Shown: positions 31,132-40,529 of the stretch, one piece after another
Numbering within the stretch: the first letter of the stretch is position 1
Layout: every line of letters starts with the position of its first letter
Assembly (NCBI GenBank): GCA_036675425.1
Contig: JAKFFB010000327.1
Coordinates: forward strand, 1,250-65,249
DNA from: Actinomycetales bacterium
GTDB taxonomy: Bacteria; Actinomycetota; Actinomycetes; Mycobacteriales; SCTD01
Length of the DNA: 64,000 bases
Direction: 5' to 3'
Notes under the pieces: model-generated
The model's database searches: none
The model's input: the letters and a program-made list of their open reading frames with translations, nothing else
What the model was told of the DNA's origin: nothing
Position numbers and translations under genes: made by a program

Positions 31132-33459
31132 GTGAGCCTGCTCCCGGACGACGCCCTGTTCGCCGACGACGGCGCGCTGGTCCGGACGCCCTCGTCGGCG
31201 GGCGGTGAGCGGCTGCTCGAAGGGCTCAACCCCCAGCAGCGCGCGGCCGTCGTCCACGAGGGCAGCCCGCTGCTGATCGTCGCGGGCGCCGGCTCGGGCA
31301 AGACCAAGGCGCTGACTACCCGGATCGCCTACCTGCTCGCCGTGCGCGGGGTCCAGCCGGGCGAGGTCCTCGCGATCACCTTCACCAACAAGGCCGCCGG
31401 CGAGATGCGCGAGCGGGTGGCCGCGGCCGTCGGCGGGCGCGCCCGGGCGATGTGGGTGCTCACCTTCCACTCCGCCTGCGTGCGGATCCTGCGGGCCGAG
31501 GCCAAGAAGCTCGGCTTCACCAGCACCTTCTCGATCTACGACGCGGCCGACGCCCAGCGGCTGATGACGCTGGTCTGCCGCGACCTGGACCTCGACAGCA
31601 AGCGCTTCCCGCCGCGCCAGCTGAGCAACCGGATCAGCGACCTCAAGAACGAGCTGGTCGACCACGAGGAAGCCGCCGCGAAGGCCGAGACGGAGTCCGA
31701 CCGGACGATCGCTGAGGTCTACGCGACCTACCAGCGCCGCCTGCGCGAGGCCAACGCGCTCGACTTCGACGACCTGATCATGACGACGGTCGACCTCTTC
31801 CAGGCCTTCCCCGACGTCGCCGAGCACTACCGGCGGCGGTTCCGCCACGTGCTCGTCGACGAGTACCAGGACACCAACCACGCGCAGTACGTCCTGGTGC
31901 GCGAGCTCGTCGGGGCCGCCGGCGGCCGCGGGCAGCGGGTCACCGCGCCGGGAGCCGTCCCGCCGGCCGAGCTGTGCGTCGTCGGTGACGCCGACCAGTC
32001 GATCTACGCCTTCCGCGGCGCCGACATCCGCAACATCGAGGACTTCGAGAACGACTACCCCGACGCCAAGGTCGTGCTGCTGGAGCAGAACTACCGCTCC
32101 ACCCAGACGATCCTGAGCGCAGCCAACGCGGTCATCGCCAAGAACCCGAGCCGCAAGCCCAAGCGGCTGTGGACCGACTCCGGCTCCGGCGACCCGATCG
32201 TCGGCTACGTCGCCGACAACGAGCACGACGAGGCGGCCTTCGTCGCGAGCGAGGTCGACCGGCTGCACGACGAGCACGGCGTGAAGGCCTTCCAGGTCGC
32301 GGTCTTCTACCGGACCAACGCGCAGTCCCGCGTCTTCGAGGAGGTGTTCATCCGGGTCGGCCTGCCGTACAAGGTCGTCGGAGGCGTGCGCTTCTACGAG
32401 CGCAAGGAGGTCCGCGACGCCCTCGCCTACCTCCGCGTCCTGGCCAACCCCTCCGACACGGTCAGCCTGCGCCGGATCCTCAACACCCCGCGCCGCGGGA
32501 TCGGCGACCGCGCGGAGGCGTGCCTGGAGGCGTTCGCCTCCCGCGAGCGGGTCCCGTTCGCCGAAGCGCTGCGCCGCTGCGACGAGGTGCCCGGGATGGC
32601 GACCCGCAGCGCCAACGCCGTGCGCGAGTTCGCCGACCTCATGGACGAGCTGCGCGCGCTCGTCGAGGGCAACATGCCGCCGGCCGAGGTGCTGGAGGCG
32701 GTGCTCGACCGCACCGGCTACCTCGCCGAGCTCGCGCAGAGCGTCGACCCGCAGGACGAGAGCCGGGTCGAGAACCTCTCCGAGCTCGTCGGCGTCGCGC
32801 GGGAGTTCAGCGAGCGGCACCCCGAGGGCGGCGTCTCGGAGTTCATGGAGCAGGTCTCCCTGGTGGCCGACGCGGACCAGATCCCCGACCCTGACGGCGA
32901 GAGCGACGGCGTCGTCACGCTCATGACGCTGCACGCAGCGAAGGGCCTCGAGTACCCCGTCGTCTTCCTCACCGGCCTCGAGGACGGCGTCTTCCCGCAC
33001 CTGCGCACGCTCGGCGACGAGCGCGAGCTGCAGGAGGAGCGCCGGCTGGCGTACGTCGGGATCACCCGGGCGCGGGAGCGGCTCTACCTCTCGCGCTCGC
33101 ACGTGCGCAGCGCCTGGGGGCAGACGTCCTACAACCCGCCGAGCCGCTTCCTCGACGAGGTGCCCGACGAGCTCGTCGACTGGAAGCGCGGCGAGTCCAG
33201 CATCTCGGCACCGCCGCCCGCCCTCACCCGCACCGCCGACCGCGTGATCGGCACCGCCCGCGGCCGGACCGCCGGCCCGGGGCTGCGGCCGATCCCGAAC
33301 CTCGAGCCGGGCGACCGGGTGACCCACGACGCCTTCGGGCTCGGCACCGTCACGGCGACCCGGGGCGCCGGTGACTCCACCCAGGCCGAGGTCGACTTCG
33401 GCGGTGCCACCGGGTCGAAGTGGCTGCTGCTGAGGTACGCCCCCTTGGAGAAGCTCTAG
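31132..33459 (+). CDS. pcrA: ATP-dependent DNA helicase PcrA/UvrD family
   Basis: LNPQQRAAVVHEGSPLLIVAGAGSGKT (Walker A) is present. Other helicase motifs include DFDDLI, VDEYQDTN, VGDADQSIYAFRGA, LEQNYRST, MTLHAAKGLE and YVGITRA. Confidence 0.95.
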   Translation: MSLLPDDALFADDGALVRTPSSAGGERLLEGLNPQQRAAVVHEGSPLLIVAGAGSGKTKALTTRIAYLLAVRGVQPGEVLAITFTNKAAGEMRERVAAAVGGRARAMWVLTFHSACVRILRAEAKKLGFTSTFSIYDAADAQRLMTLVCRDLDLDSKRFPPRQLSNRISDLKNELVDHEEAAAKAETESDRTIAEVYATYQRRLREANALDFDDLIMTTVDLFQAFPDVAEHYRRRFRHVLVDEYQDTNHAQYVLVRELVGAAGGRGQRVTAPGAVPPAELCVVGDADQSIYAFRGADIRNIEDFENDYPDAKVVLLEQNYRSTQTILSAANAVIAKNPSRKPKRLWTDSGSGDPIVGYVADNEHDEAAFVASEVDRLHDEHGVKAFQVAVFYRTNAQSRVFEEVFIRVGLPYKVVGGVRFYERKEVRDALAYLRVLANPSDTVSLRRILNTPRRGIGDRAEACLEAFASRERVPFAEALRRCDEVPGMATRSANAVREFADLMDELRALVEGNMPPAEVLEAVLDRTGYLAELAQSVDPQDESRVENLSELVGVAREFSERHPEGGVSEFMEQVSLVADADQIPDPDGESDGVVTLMTLHAAKGLEYPVVFLTGLEDGVFPHLRTLGDERELQEERRLAYVGITRARERLYLSRSHVRSAWGQTSYNPPSRFLDEVPDELVDWKRGESSISAPPPALTRTADRVIGTARGRTAGPGLRPIPNLEPGDRVTHDAFGLGTVTATRGAGDSTQAEVDFGGATGSKWLLLRYAPLEKL

Positions 33460-33477
33460 CGGGGTAGGGAGAGCAGC

Positions 33478-34467
33478 ATGACGTCACCTGCCCCGCTCAC
33501 CGTCGCCGTCACCGGGCCGACCGGCACCTTCGGCTTCGGCCTGATGCCCCTGCTGCAGTCCGACGACCGGATCGGCTCCGTCGTCGGCATCGCCCGCCGC
33601 GAGTTCGACCCCACCGAGCACGGCTGGACGAAGATGGCCTACCGCCGCGGCGACGTCCGCGACGAGGGCGCGCTGAAGGAGGCCTTCGCCGGCGCCGACG
33701 TGGTCGTGCACCTGGCGTTCCTCATCGTCGGCGGCGGCCGCGAGCTGACCCGGGCGATCAACGTCGACGGGACGCTCAACGCCTTCCGCGCCGCTGCGGC
33801 CGCCGGCGTGAAGCGGTTCGTGTACGCCAGCTCGGTCGCGGCGTACGGCTTCCACGACGACAACCCGGTCGGCATGAAGGAGACGTGGCCGGTCCGGCCG
33901 GCCGACCGGCTCTTCTACGCGCAGGAGAAGGCCGAGCTCGAGGCGCTGCTGCAGCAGGAGGCTGCCGCGCACCCCGAGCTCGACCTCTACCTGCTGCGCC
34001 CGCCCGTGGTGCTCGGCCCGCACACGATCGGCGGCAAGCAGATCCTGCCCGGCCCGCTGGCGCCGCTCGGCCGCAAGCTGCCGCTCCGGAAGCTCCCCGT
34101 GCCGATCCCGACCGTGGTGCCGGCCGTCCCGCTGCAGCTCATCCACGAGGACGACGTGGGCTCGGCGCTCCTGCAGTGCGTGGTCGCCGCGGGTCCGCCC
34201 GGGGCCTACAACATCGCCGCCGACGACGTCGTGACGGCGGTCGACGTGGCGCGCGAGCTGGGCTTCGTACCCCTCTCCCTGCCCGCGGCCGTCGCCCACG
34301 CGCCGGCGCGGGCGCTGTCGAAGCTGCCCTTCCTGCCGCAGCAGGCGGAGTGGGTGGAGGCCTTCAGCCACCCGGCGGTCATGGACACGACCAAGGCCAA
34401 GAAGGAGCTCGGCTGGTCGCCGCGGTTCAGCGCCCTCGAGGCCGTCCGGGCGACGCGTACGAGCTGA
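33478..34467 (+). CDS. NAD-dependent epimerase/dehydratase-family protein
   Basis: Rossmann motif VAVTGPTGTFG. The short-chain dehydrogenase extended-type layout is present (YAQEKAELE region). Confidence 0.75.
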   Translation: MTSPAPLTVAVTGPTGTFGFGLMPLLQSDDRIGSVVGIARREFDPTEHGWTKMAYRRGDVRDEGALKEAFAGADVVVHLAFLIVGGGRELTRAINVDGTLNAFRAAAAAGVKRFVYASSVAAYGFHDDNPVGMKETWPVRPADRLFYAQEKAELEALLQQEAAAHPELDLYLLRPPVVLGPHTIGGKQILPGPLAPLGRKLPLRKLPVPIPTVVPAVPLQLIHEDDVGSALLQCVVAAGPPGAYNIAADDVVTAVDVARELGFVPLSLPAAVAHAPARALSKLPFLPQQAEWVEAFSHPAVMDTTKAKKELGWSPRFSALEAVRATRTS

Positions 34468-34495
34468 GACCCCCGTGCTCAACGCGGGACCTCCG

Positions 34496-34546
34496 CACTT
34501 CTGGCACCGCCGAGAAGTGAGGAACCCCGGCGTTGATCAACCGGGG
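34496..34546. terminator. Two adjacent hairpins between convergent genes
   Basis: The first is CACTTCT-n10-AGAAGTG (34496-34519). The second is CCCCGG-cGTTGATCAAC-CCGGGG (34525-34546). Both lie in the 88-nt gap between the stops at 34467 (+) and 34556 (-). Confidence 0.45.
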
Positions 34547-34555
34547 CAGTGGCTG

Positions 34556-35275
34556 CTAGACCGCGACGCCGCGCTTGCGCAGCCAGGTGACCGGGTTGAC
34601 CGGCGTGCCGTTGATCCGGACCTCGAAGTGCAGGTGCGGGCCGGTCGACTGGCCGGTGTTGCCCTCGCGGCCGATGCGCTCGCCGGCGGCCACGCGCTCG
34701 CCGCGGTTGACGGTGATGGCGGACATGTGGCCGTAGACGGTGATGGTGCCGTCGGAGTGGAGCAGCCGGACGCAGCGGCCGTAGCCGCCCTCCCAGCCGG
34801 CGGAGAGCACGGTGCCGCTGGTGACGGCGCGGATCGGCGAGCCGATGCCCGAGGCCAGGTCGATGCCGGCGTGCAGCCGGCCCCAGCGCCGGCCGTACGA
34901 CGAGGTGAGCCGGCCGATGCCGGGCCGCACGAACTCGGCTCCGGAGACGCCGTCCTCGTCCTCGTCACGGTCACGGGACGCCTTCTCGAGCGGCGAGGGG
35001 GTGGGCTTGGCGGAGTTGGCGGCCTTCAGGCCCTGCTCGAGGGCGCTGCTGAGCGTGACGTTGACCTGCTCGGGAGCGGGCAGGGCGACGGGCTGGAGCG
35101 CGGAGGCCGCGGTCACGCGGGGCGCGACGTCCGCGGCGGAGGCGGGGAGGACGGCGAGACCGCCGAAGGCGATGCCGGCGGCGGCGAGGAGCACGCCGGG
35201 CAGCAGGGCAGCGCGCGGCCGGGAGACGTTCCGTGGGGCGGCGTGGCGCGCACGCGACTGCTGCTGGGGGGGCAC
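34556..35275 (-). CDS. Secreted M23-family metallopeptidase (peptidoglycan endopeptidase)
   Basis: Signal/TM segment LLPGVLLAAAGIAFGGLAVLPASA. The M23 core contains RLHAGIDLA, VYGHMS, GNTGQSTGPHLHFEVRINGTPVNP. Confidence 0.9.
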   Translation of the reverse strand: MPPQQQSRARHAAPRNVSRPRAALLPGVLLAAAGIAFGGLAVLPASAADVAPRVTAASALQPVALPAPEQVNVTLSSALEQGLKAANSAKPTPSPLEKASRDRDEDEDGVSGAEFVRPGIGRLTSSYGRRWGRLHAGIDLASGIGSPIRAVTSGTVLSAGWEGGYGRCVRLLHSDGTITVYGHMSAITVNRGERVAAGERIGREGNTGQSTGPHLHFEVRINGTPVNPVTWLRKRGVAV

Positions 35276-35279
35276 GTCG

Positions 35280-35400
35280 TCGGCTCCGTCGTCGGGGTCA
35301 GGACAGTCGGATCCAGACCCCTTTCCAGGGTCCTGTCCGAGCCTGACCCGCCCCGGGGAAAGGCGTTCGAGGGCGGGTCGTTACCGCGACGTTATCCGGC
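35280..35400 (-). promoter_or_regulatory. Structured 5' leader of the M23 peptidase gene (candidate riboswitch-like element)
   Basis: The gap upstream of the gene is 193 nt. On the minus strand there is an imperfect stem of about 16 bp: GGUCAGG-CUC-GGACAG-GACCC-uggaaag-GGGUC-uggauccga-CUGUCC-UGACC (35296-35348). It is flanked by complementary CGUCG...CGACG. The segment GGGGUCUGGAUCCGACUGUCCUGACCCCGACGACGG loosely resembles the 3' half of the ydaO/c-di-AMP motif. Confidence 0.35.
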
Positions 35401-35468
35401 ACCGGGTGCCAGGAGCAAATCCCCCTGGTGCCCGAGAACGGGACGAACCACTCCTCCGGGAAGGAGGA

Positions 35469-36431
35469 TCAGGCGGTTGTGGAGCGCTCGCCCCTTGCAG
35501 CACGGGGCGTCGGCGGGCGCTCCCCGAGGTTCGGCGATTCAGACGTGATGTTGGTCACACCGGCCGTCACGGTGCTCCCGTCCTCGCCGAGATGGGCCAT
35601 CGTCCGGGCGATCTCGTGCACGACGCGGCCGTCGATCGGCAGCGACATGTGGCCCACCCCGCGCAGCAGGATGTTGCGGACCGCGAGGTCCGGGTGGTCG
35701 ATCCGGGCGGACCGCTTCGGGACGATGAGCTGGTCGAGGTCGCTCCAGAAGGCGACGAAGCGGGTGCGGCAGCCGGGGGCCGGGGCGGCCAGCTCCTGCA
35801 TCAGCTCCGAGCCGGGCCGGAGCTGGCGGACCAGCCGCGACGGCAGCAGGTGCGCCGCGACGGTGCCGGCGTGCGGGCTGCCGAGGGTCACCAGGGTGTG
35901 GACGCGGGCGTCGCCGCCCATCCGCTGGACGTAGTAGCGCGCCACGACGCCGCCCAGGGAGTGGCCCACCACGTGGACCTTCTCGTACCCCGTCTCCTCG
36001 CAGGTCTTCTCGACCAGCCGGGCCAGCCGCGCGGCGGCGGTGCGCACGTCCTGCGTGAAGGGGCTGTAGTTGACCGAGATGACCCGGCCGAAGCCGCGGC
36101 GCAGCAGGGTGCGGCGGAGCAGCGTGAAGACCGAGCGGTTGTCGACCAGGCCGTGCACCAGCAGGATCGGCGTGCCGGCAGCGACGACGTCGCCCAGGAG
36201 CAGCCCGCGCTGCACGGGGGGCAGGTCGGCGAGGGTGAACCGCTCCGCCGACTCGCGGTGCACCGGGCGGCCCTTGTCCGAGAGCACGCCGAGCGGGTAG
36301 AGCACGCCGTGGGCGGCGACCCAGGCGATCTCGGTTCCGGCGCCGCGCAGGCCTGCCGGCGTGCACAGGGTGCGGACTCCGCGGCGGGTGGTGCGGCTGG
36401 CCCGCCGGAGGGCGGGTCGGGGGTCGCGCAC
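35469..36431 (-). CDS. Alpha/beta hydrolase, lipase/esterase class
   Basis: LLVHGLVDN is followed by the nucleophile elbow VHVVGHSLGGVVARYY and GSPHAG. The exact start is uncertain. Confidence 0.75.
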   Translation of the reverse strand: MRDPRPALRRASRTTRRGVRTLCTPAGLRGAGTEIAWVAAHGVLYPLGVLSDKGRPVHRESAERFTLADLPPVQRGLLLGDVVAAGTPILLVHGLVDNRSVFTLLRRTLLRRGFGRVISVNYSPFTQDVRTAAARLARLVEKTCEETGYEKVHVVGHSLGGVVARYYVQRMGGDARVHTLVTLGSPHAGTVAAHLLPSRLVRQLRPGSELMQELAAPAPGCRTRFVAFWSDLDQLIVPKRSARIDHPDLAVRNILLRGVGHMSLPIDGRVVHEIARTMAHLGEDGSTVTAGVTNITSESPNLGERPPTPRAARGERSTTA

Positions 36432-36543
36432 GGGTTGTCCTCCACAGGCCGAGGGTCAGGTGCACCGGACTGGACAGGGGAATCCGAGGGCGACGCTAGA
36501 CGGCTCCTGCCCACTGGGAGACGGAAGTCACATGACAGTCAGG

Positions 36544-37980
36544 TCACAGTCCGCGCGGGACCGGTGACGCCCAGCGGTCGCGCCGCCGGGCAAGCCGGTC
36601 CGAACCCGGCATCGCGGACAGCTCCGCCAGGTGGGCGGCGGCGTCGGCCGGCTCGGCGAGCGCGTCGGCGACCCCCATCGCCAGCAGGTCGGCGGGGGTG
36701 ATGCGCATCCGGTCGGCGCACTCCTCCTTCGGCCGCCGCAGCGCCGCCTGGGCGCCCTCGGGGCCGATCGCCGCGAAGTACGCCTCGGCGGTCACGAGCA
36801 CCCGGTCCGCGGCGGCGGCGGCCAGTGCGCCGCCCGAGCCGCCCTCGCCGTGCACCAGGGCGAGGGTGGCGGTGGGGCAGTCGAGGAGGGCGTCCAGCGC
36901 CTCGCCCATCGCGGGGGCGATGCCCCCCTCCTCCGCGACCGTTCCCGGGTCGGCACCGGGGGTGTCCACCAGCGACAGCACCGGCAGTCCGAGACGCGCG
37001 GCCAGCCGGTACGCCCGGGCGGCCAGCCGGTAGCCGTTCGGCGTCGGTCGCCCGCCGAGCTCCGCAGCCAGCGCGACCCCGACGACCGGCATGCCGCCCA
37101 GCCGCCCGACGGCCGCCGCCACGGTCCGGTCGCCACCCGGGGCTCGCAGCGGCACCGACTCGGTCACGAGCTCGACCAGCAGGTCGGCCCCTGATCGGGT
37201 CCGTGCCCGCGACCGCAGCACCTGCTCCCAGCCCCCCGTTGCGTCCTGCTCGGAGGAGCGCCCCGACGCTGGGGGCAGCAGGACGCTCGGGGTCGCCGGG
37301 GAGCTGGGCGTCGCCGGGGAGCTGGGCGTCGCCGGGGCGAGGGCGGCCAGGACGCGGTCCAGCCACCCGGCGACGTCCTCGCCCGGCAGCACGGCGTCGA
37401 CGAGCCCGGCGGCGTACGCCGACTCGGCCGTGTGCGAGCCCTTGGGCGGCAGCACGCCGGTGAAGGCCTCCACGACCCGTGGCCCGGCGAAGCCCACGGT
37501 CGCGCCCGCCACGGCGATCCGCAGGTCGGCCGCCGACACCACGCTGATCCAGACCCCGCCGGTCGTCGGGGCGTCGGCGACCGACAGGTGCGGCAGCCCG
37601 GCGTCGGCGAGCTCCCGCAGCGCGATCCGGGCACGGGGGATGCCGACCAGCGCGGCCATCCCCTCCTGCAGGCGCGTGCCGCCGGACCGGACCACGGTCA
37701 GCAGCGGCCGCCGCTCCTCGACGGCCAGCGCAGCGGCAGCGGCCAGCGCCGTCGCGTCGTCCTCGCCGAAGCTCCCGCCCTGGACGCGGAAGTCCCACGT
37801 CGCGGCGATCGGGCCGCGGGGGAGCCGCCACACCGAGACCGCTGCGCGCGGCTCGTACCCGGGCCAGGCGGCGGGGTTCCGGGCGGCCGCGGGCACCTCG
37901 ACCCGGGTCGCGCCGGCCAGCAGGTCCGCACGCCAGTCCGAGGGGGTCTCCACGGCCGCGTACTCTCCCATCGTCCGCAT
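36544..37980 (-). CDS. Fused carboxyltransferase (AccD-like beta half plus AccA-like alpha half)
   Basis: ATG 37980 follows GGAGGAG. The N-terminal half (GGSFGEDDA...SGGTRLQEG...TTGGVWIS...[10 protein letters not shown]) aligns to the AccD pattern. The C-terminal half ([31 protein letters not shown]...[11 protein letters not shown]...AIGPEGAQA) aligns to the AccA pattern. The two halves are joined by an ATPSSP repeat linker. Confidence 0.75.
   Translation of the reverse strand: MRTMGEYAAVETPSDWRADLLAGATRVEVPAAARNPAAWPGYEPRAAVSVWRLPRGPIAATWDFRVQGGSFGEDDATALAAAAALAVEERRPLLTVVRSGGTRLQEGMAALVGIPRARIALRELADAGLPHLSVADAPTTGGVWISVVSAADLRIAVAGATVGFAGPRVVEAFTGVLPPKGSHTAESAYAAGLVDAVLPGEDVAGWLDRVLAALAPATPSSPATPSSPATPSVLLPPASGRSSEQDATGGWEQVLRSRARTRSGADLLVELVTESVPLRAPGGDRTVAAAVGRLGGMPVVGVALAAELGGRPTPNGYRLAARAYRLAARLGLPVLSLVDTPGADPGTVAEEGGIAPAMGEALDALLDCPTATLALVHGEGGSGGALAAAAADRVLVTAEAYFAAIGPEGAQAALRRPKEECADRMRITPADLLAMGVADALAEPADAAAHLAELSAMPGSDRLARRRDRWASPVPRGL
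37292..37337. repeat. In-frame 18-nt tandem repeat (2.5 units) in the carboxyltransferase inter-domain linker
   Basis: gtcgccggggagctgggc occurs at 37292-37309 and 37310-37327, with a partial third unit. On the minus strand it encodes (ATPSSP)n. Confidence 0.85.
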
Positions 37981-38001
37981 CGCTCCTCCAGGGAGGCACC
38001 G

Positions 38002-38415
38002 ATGGCCGCTCCCGGCCGCATCCGCGTCGTCGTCGCCAAGCCCGGCCTCGACGGGCACGACCGCGGTGCCAAGGTGGTCGCCCGCGCCCTCCGCGACGCC
38101 GGCATGGAGGTCATCTACACCGGCCTGCACCAGACGCCGGAGCAGATCGTCGAGACCGTCATCCAGGAGGACGCCGACTGCGTGGGCCTGTCGGTCCTGT
38201 CCGGCGCGCACCTCACGCTGTTCCAGCGCGTGATGGACCTGCTCCGGGACCGCGACGCCGGTGACGTCGTCGTCTTCGGCGGCGGGATCATCCCCGAGGA
38301 CGACATCCCCCTGCTGCGCGACATGGGCGTCGCCACCGTCTTCACGCCCGGCACCACGACCGAGTCGATCGTCACCTGGGTGCGCGACAACGTCGGGTCG
38401 CCGACCGCCGCCTGA
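38002..38415 (+). CDS. Stand-alone cobalamin (B12)-binding domain protein, methylmalonyl-CoA mutase small-subunit type
   Basis: ATG 38002 follows [40 protein letters not shown] contains the DxHxxG B12-binding motif. GLSVLSGAH and FGGGIIP are also present. Confidence 0.85.
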   Translation: MAAPGRIRVVVAKPGLDGHDRGAKVVARALRDAGMEVIYTGLHQTPEQIVETVIQEDADCVGLSVLSGAHLTLFQRVMDLLRDRDAGDVVVFGGGIIPEDDIPLLRDMGVATVFTPGTTTESIVTWVRDNVGSPTAA

Positions 38416-38419
38416 TCTC

Positions 38420-40417
38420 CTAGGGGCGGCCCGTACGCCGCCGTCGCGCGGCGAGCCCGGCCCCGAGGACCAGCACCGCTGCCAGCGGCAGCAGCCCCGG
38501 GATCCCGGTCGTCGGCAGCTGCGGCGCTGCCGACGGGCCCGTCGGCACCGGCGGTCGCACCACCGGCGGCACGACCCGCGCCAGCACGCCGGGCAGCGAG
38601 AACGTCGAGCCCGCGCCGGTCGCGACGGTGACGACGTCCGGCAGCTTGCGGTTGTAGGACGTGGCGTCCGTCGCGGCGAGGGTCAGCCGCACCGCGTGCC
38701 CGGGCTCGAAGCGGTGCGCGAAGCCGAGCAGGTTCATCGTGACCGGCTCCGCGAGGTCCGCCGACGGCACGCGCACCGGCGAGATCAGCCGGCGGATGAG
38801 CGTCGCGGTGCCGTCGGGCGCGACGTCGTAGACCTTGCCGAACATCACCAGGTCGCCGACGCCGCTGTGCGACAGCCGCAGCGTCGCCCGCGGCACGCCG
38901 ACGCTGACCAGCCCGTCGGGGAAGGGCTCCGACGTGAAGGAGACCGACTGCCCCGGCTGCTCGCTCGGCGGCAGCGGGACCTGCGGGCTGGAGGCCGGGC
39001 CGCTGAAGTTGGAGGTCTCGGAGTAGGCCGGCGGGACCCCTCCCAGCGGGTTGACGAAGGAGGCGCTGCCCTCGACGGCCGCGTCACGCACCAGGGCGTC
39101 CGACCCCGAGAGCGTGAACGCGAGAGACGGCATCGCCGGGAACGCCGGCGCCTGCCCGTACTGCTCGTCGTTGGCGCCTGCGCCGCCGTACTCCGTCCAG
39201 TCCTGGAACCAGGTGAAGCCGGGGGACGGGTCGTCGATCCCGCGCAGCGCCTCGTCGAGGAAGGCCAGCGTGCGCAGCGAGAGGTAGCAGTCGTCCAGCC
39301 CGCGGAAGTCCTCGCCGCCGGTGCCGCGGCCGTAGACGTCGCACTCGCCCGGCAGCGAGTCGTAGCCGCCGTGCCCGCCGGAGTTCCAGATCATCTTGAC
39401 CGGCACGCGGTTCCGCCTGAGCGCGGTGTAGGTGCTCACCGCGTCGTTGAGGTTGAAGAGCGTGTCCGCCTGCCCCTGGACGATCAGCGTCGGGACGCGC
39501 AGCCGCTCGATCTGCGTCGCGCCCGAGGAGTCGGCCAGCAGCGCGCGGTCCTCGTCGGTCGCGTCACCGGTGGTCGACACCGTGGCGAACGTCCGGCACA
39601 CCTCGGTGTGGAAGCCCAGGCACGGGACTTCCGCGACCTCGGTCGGCTCGCCGCTCGCGAGCTTGTCCTGCACGCACGTGCCGGCCGGCTCCGGCGGCAG
39701 CCCGGGCGGGGTACCGCCGATCGGGTTGCCGTTGCCGGAGGCGAAGAACAGCGACGTCCACTCCTGCTTGAAGACGCCCTGGTCGTTGAGCGTGTGCGAG
39801 AAGCCGGTCGGGTCGCCGGGGACGACGCGGTTGTTCGGGTTCAGGCTGTACTGCAGGGCGTTCCACGTGCGGCCGGGCGAGATCGCGTGGATGCGGGGGT
39901 CGTTCTCGGCGAGGTTGAGCTGGATGCCACCGCCGTACGACCCGCCGACCATCCCGACGACGGAGCCGTTCTCGTCGTGCAGCACGTCGGGCCGGGGGTC
40001 CAGCACCTTGGTGATGAGCTGCTGGGCGTCCTTCACGTCGTACGTCCTGCTCTGCAGCGCGACGCAGCCGGTCGAGGCGCCGAAGCCCTGCGCGGTGTAG
40101 GTCAGGACGACGTAGCCGTGCCGGGCGAGGAAGGTCGCGTGGGCGACGACCTCCGTCGCGAGCTTGGTCAGGCCGAAGCCGTGGGTGATGAGGATCGCCG
40201 GCTGCGGGGTGGCGGCGGTGGCGCCGGTCGGGACGTAGAGGCGGGTGTCGATCGTCGTGGCGTCGTCGTCCGCAGGCCCGTCGACCACCTCCACGAGCGC
40301 GTCCGCCGTGACGAACGACTGCGTCCCGGACCGCGGCGTCACCTCATCGGCGGCGGCCGGGACGACGGCGGTGAGGACGAGAGCGCACGAGAGGGCGACA
40401 GCGGCGCGACGGATCAT
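38420..40417 (-). CDS. Cell-wall-anchored (LPXTG) CocE/NonD / S15-type alpha/beta hydrolase
   Basis: Signal peptide [23 protein letters not shown]. Hydrolase elements are ILITHGFG, the nucleophile elbow GMVGGSYGG and GGHGG. The C-terminal sorting signal is LPTTG, then the hydrophobic [19 protein letters not shown], then RRRRTGRP. Confidence 0.8.
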   Translation of the reverse strand: MIRRAAVALSCALVLTAVVPAAADEVTPRSGTQSFVTADALVEVVDGPADDDATTIDTRLYVPTGATAATPQPAILITHGFGLTKLATEVVAHATFLARHGYVVLTYTAQGFGASTGCVALQSRTYDVKDAQQLITKVLDPRPDVLHDENGSVVGMVGGSYGGGIQLNLAENDPRIHAISPGRTWNALQYSLNPNNRVVPGDPTGFSHTLNDQGVFKQEWTSLFFASGNGNPIGGTPPGLPPEPAGTCVQDKLASGEPTEVAEVPCLGFHTEVCRTFATVSTTGDATDEDRALLADSSGATQIERLRVPTLIVQGQADTLFNLNDAVSTYTALRRNRVPVKMIWNSGGHGGYDSLPGECDVYGRGTGGEDFRGLDDCYLSLRTLAFLDEALRGIDDPSPGFTWFQDWTEYGGAGANDEQYGQAPAFPAMPSLAFTLSGSDALVRDAAVEGSASFVNPLGGVPPAYSETSNFSGPASSPQVPLPPSEQPGQSVSFTSEPFPDGLVSVGVPRATLRLSHSGVGDLVMFGKVYDVAPDGTATLIRRLISPVRVPSADLAEPVTMNLLGFAHRFEPGHAVRLTLAATDATSYNRKLPDVVTVATGAGSTFSLPGVLARVVPPVVRPPVPTGPSAAPQLPTTGIPGLLPLAAVLVLGAGLAARRRRTGRP

Positions 40418-40529
40418 GCTGCAGTGTGCGGTGTCCGGCGCGCGTCGGGGCGGTTTCCGGCCGGGAAACGGCGCTGGCTACCCTCGATCGACAGATCGCG
40501 ACGATCCCCGATCGAGAACAGGACCCCCC

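Noticed and set aside
40483-40516. Inverted repeat CTCGATCG-n18-CGATCGAG (plus GTTTCC-ggccg-GGAAAC at 40453-40469) upstream of sucC, considered as a regulator operator.
   Set aside because: The arms are short and built from the common CGATCG palindrome. There is no match to a CRP/GlxR-type TGTGA-N6-TCACA box or any other known site, so the evidence is insufficient to call a regulatory element.
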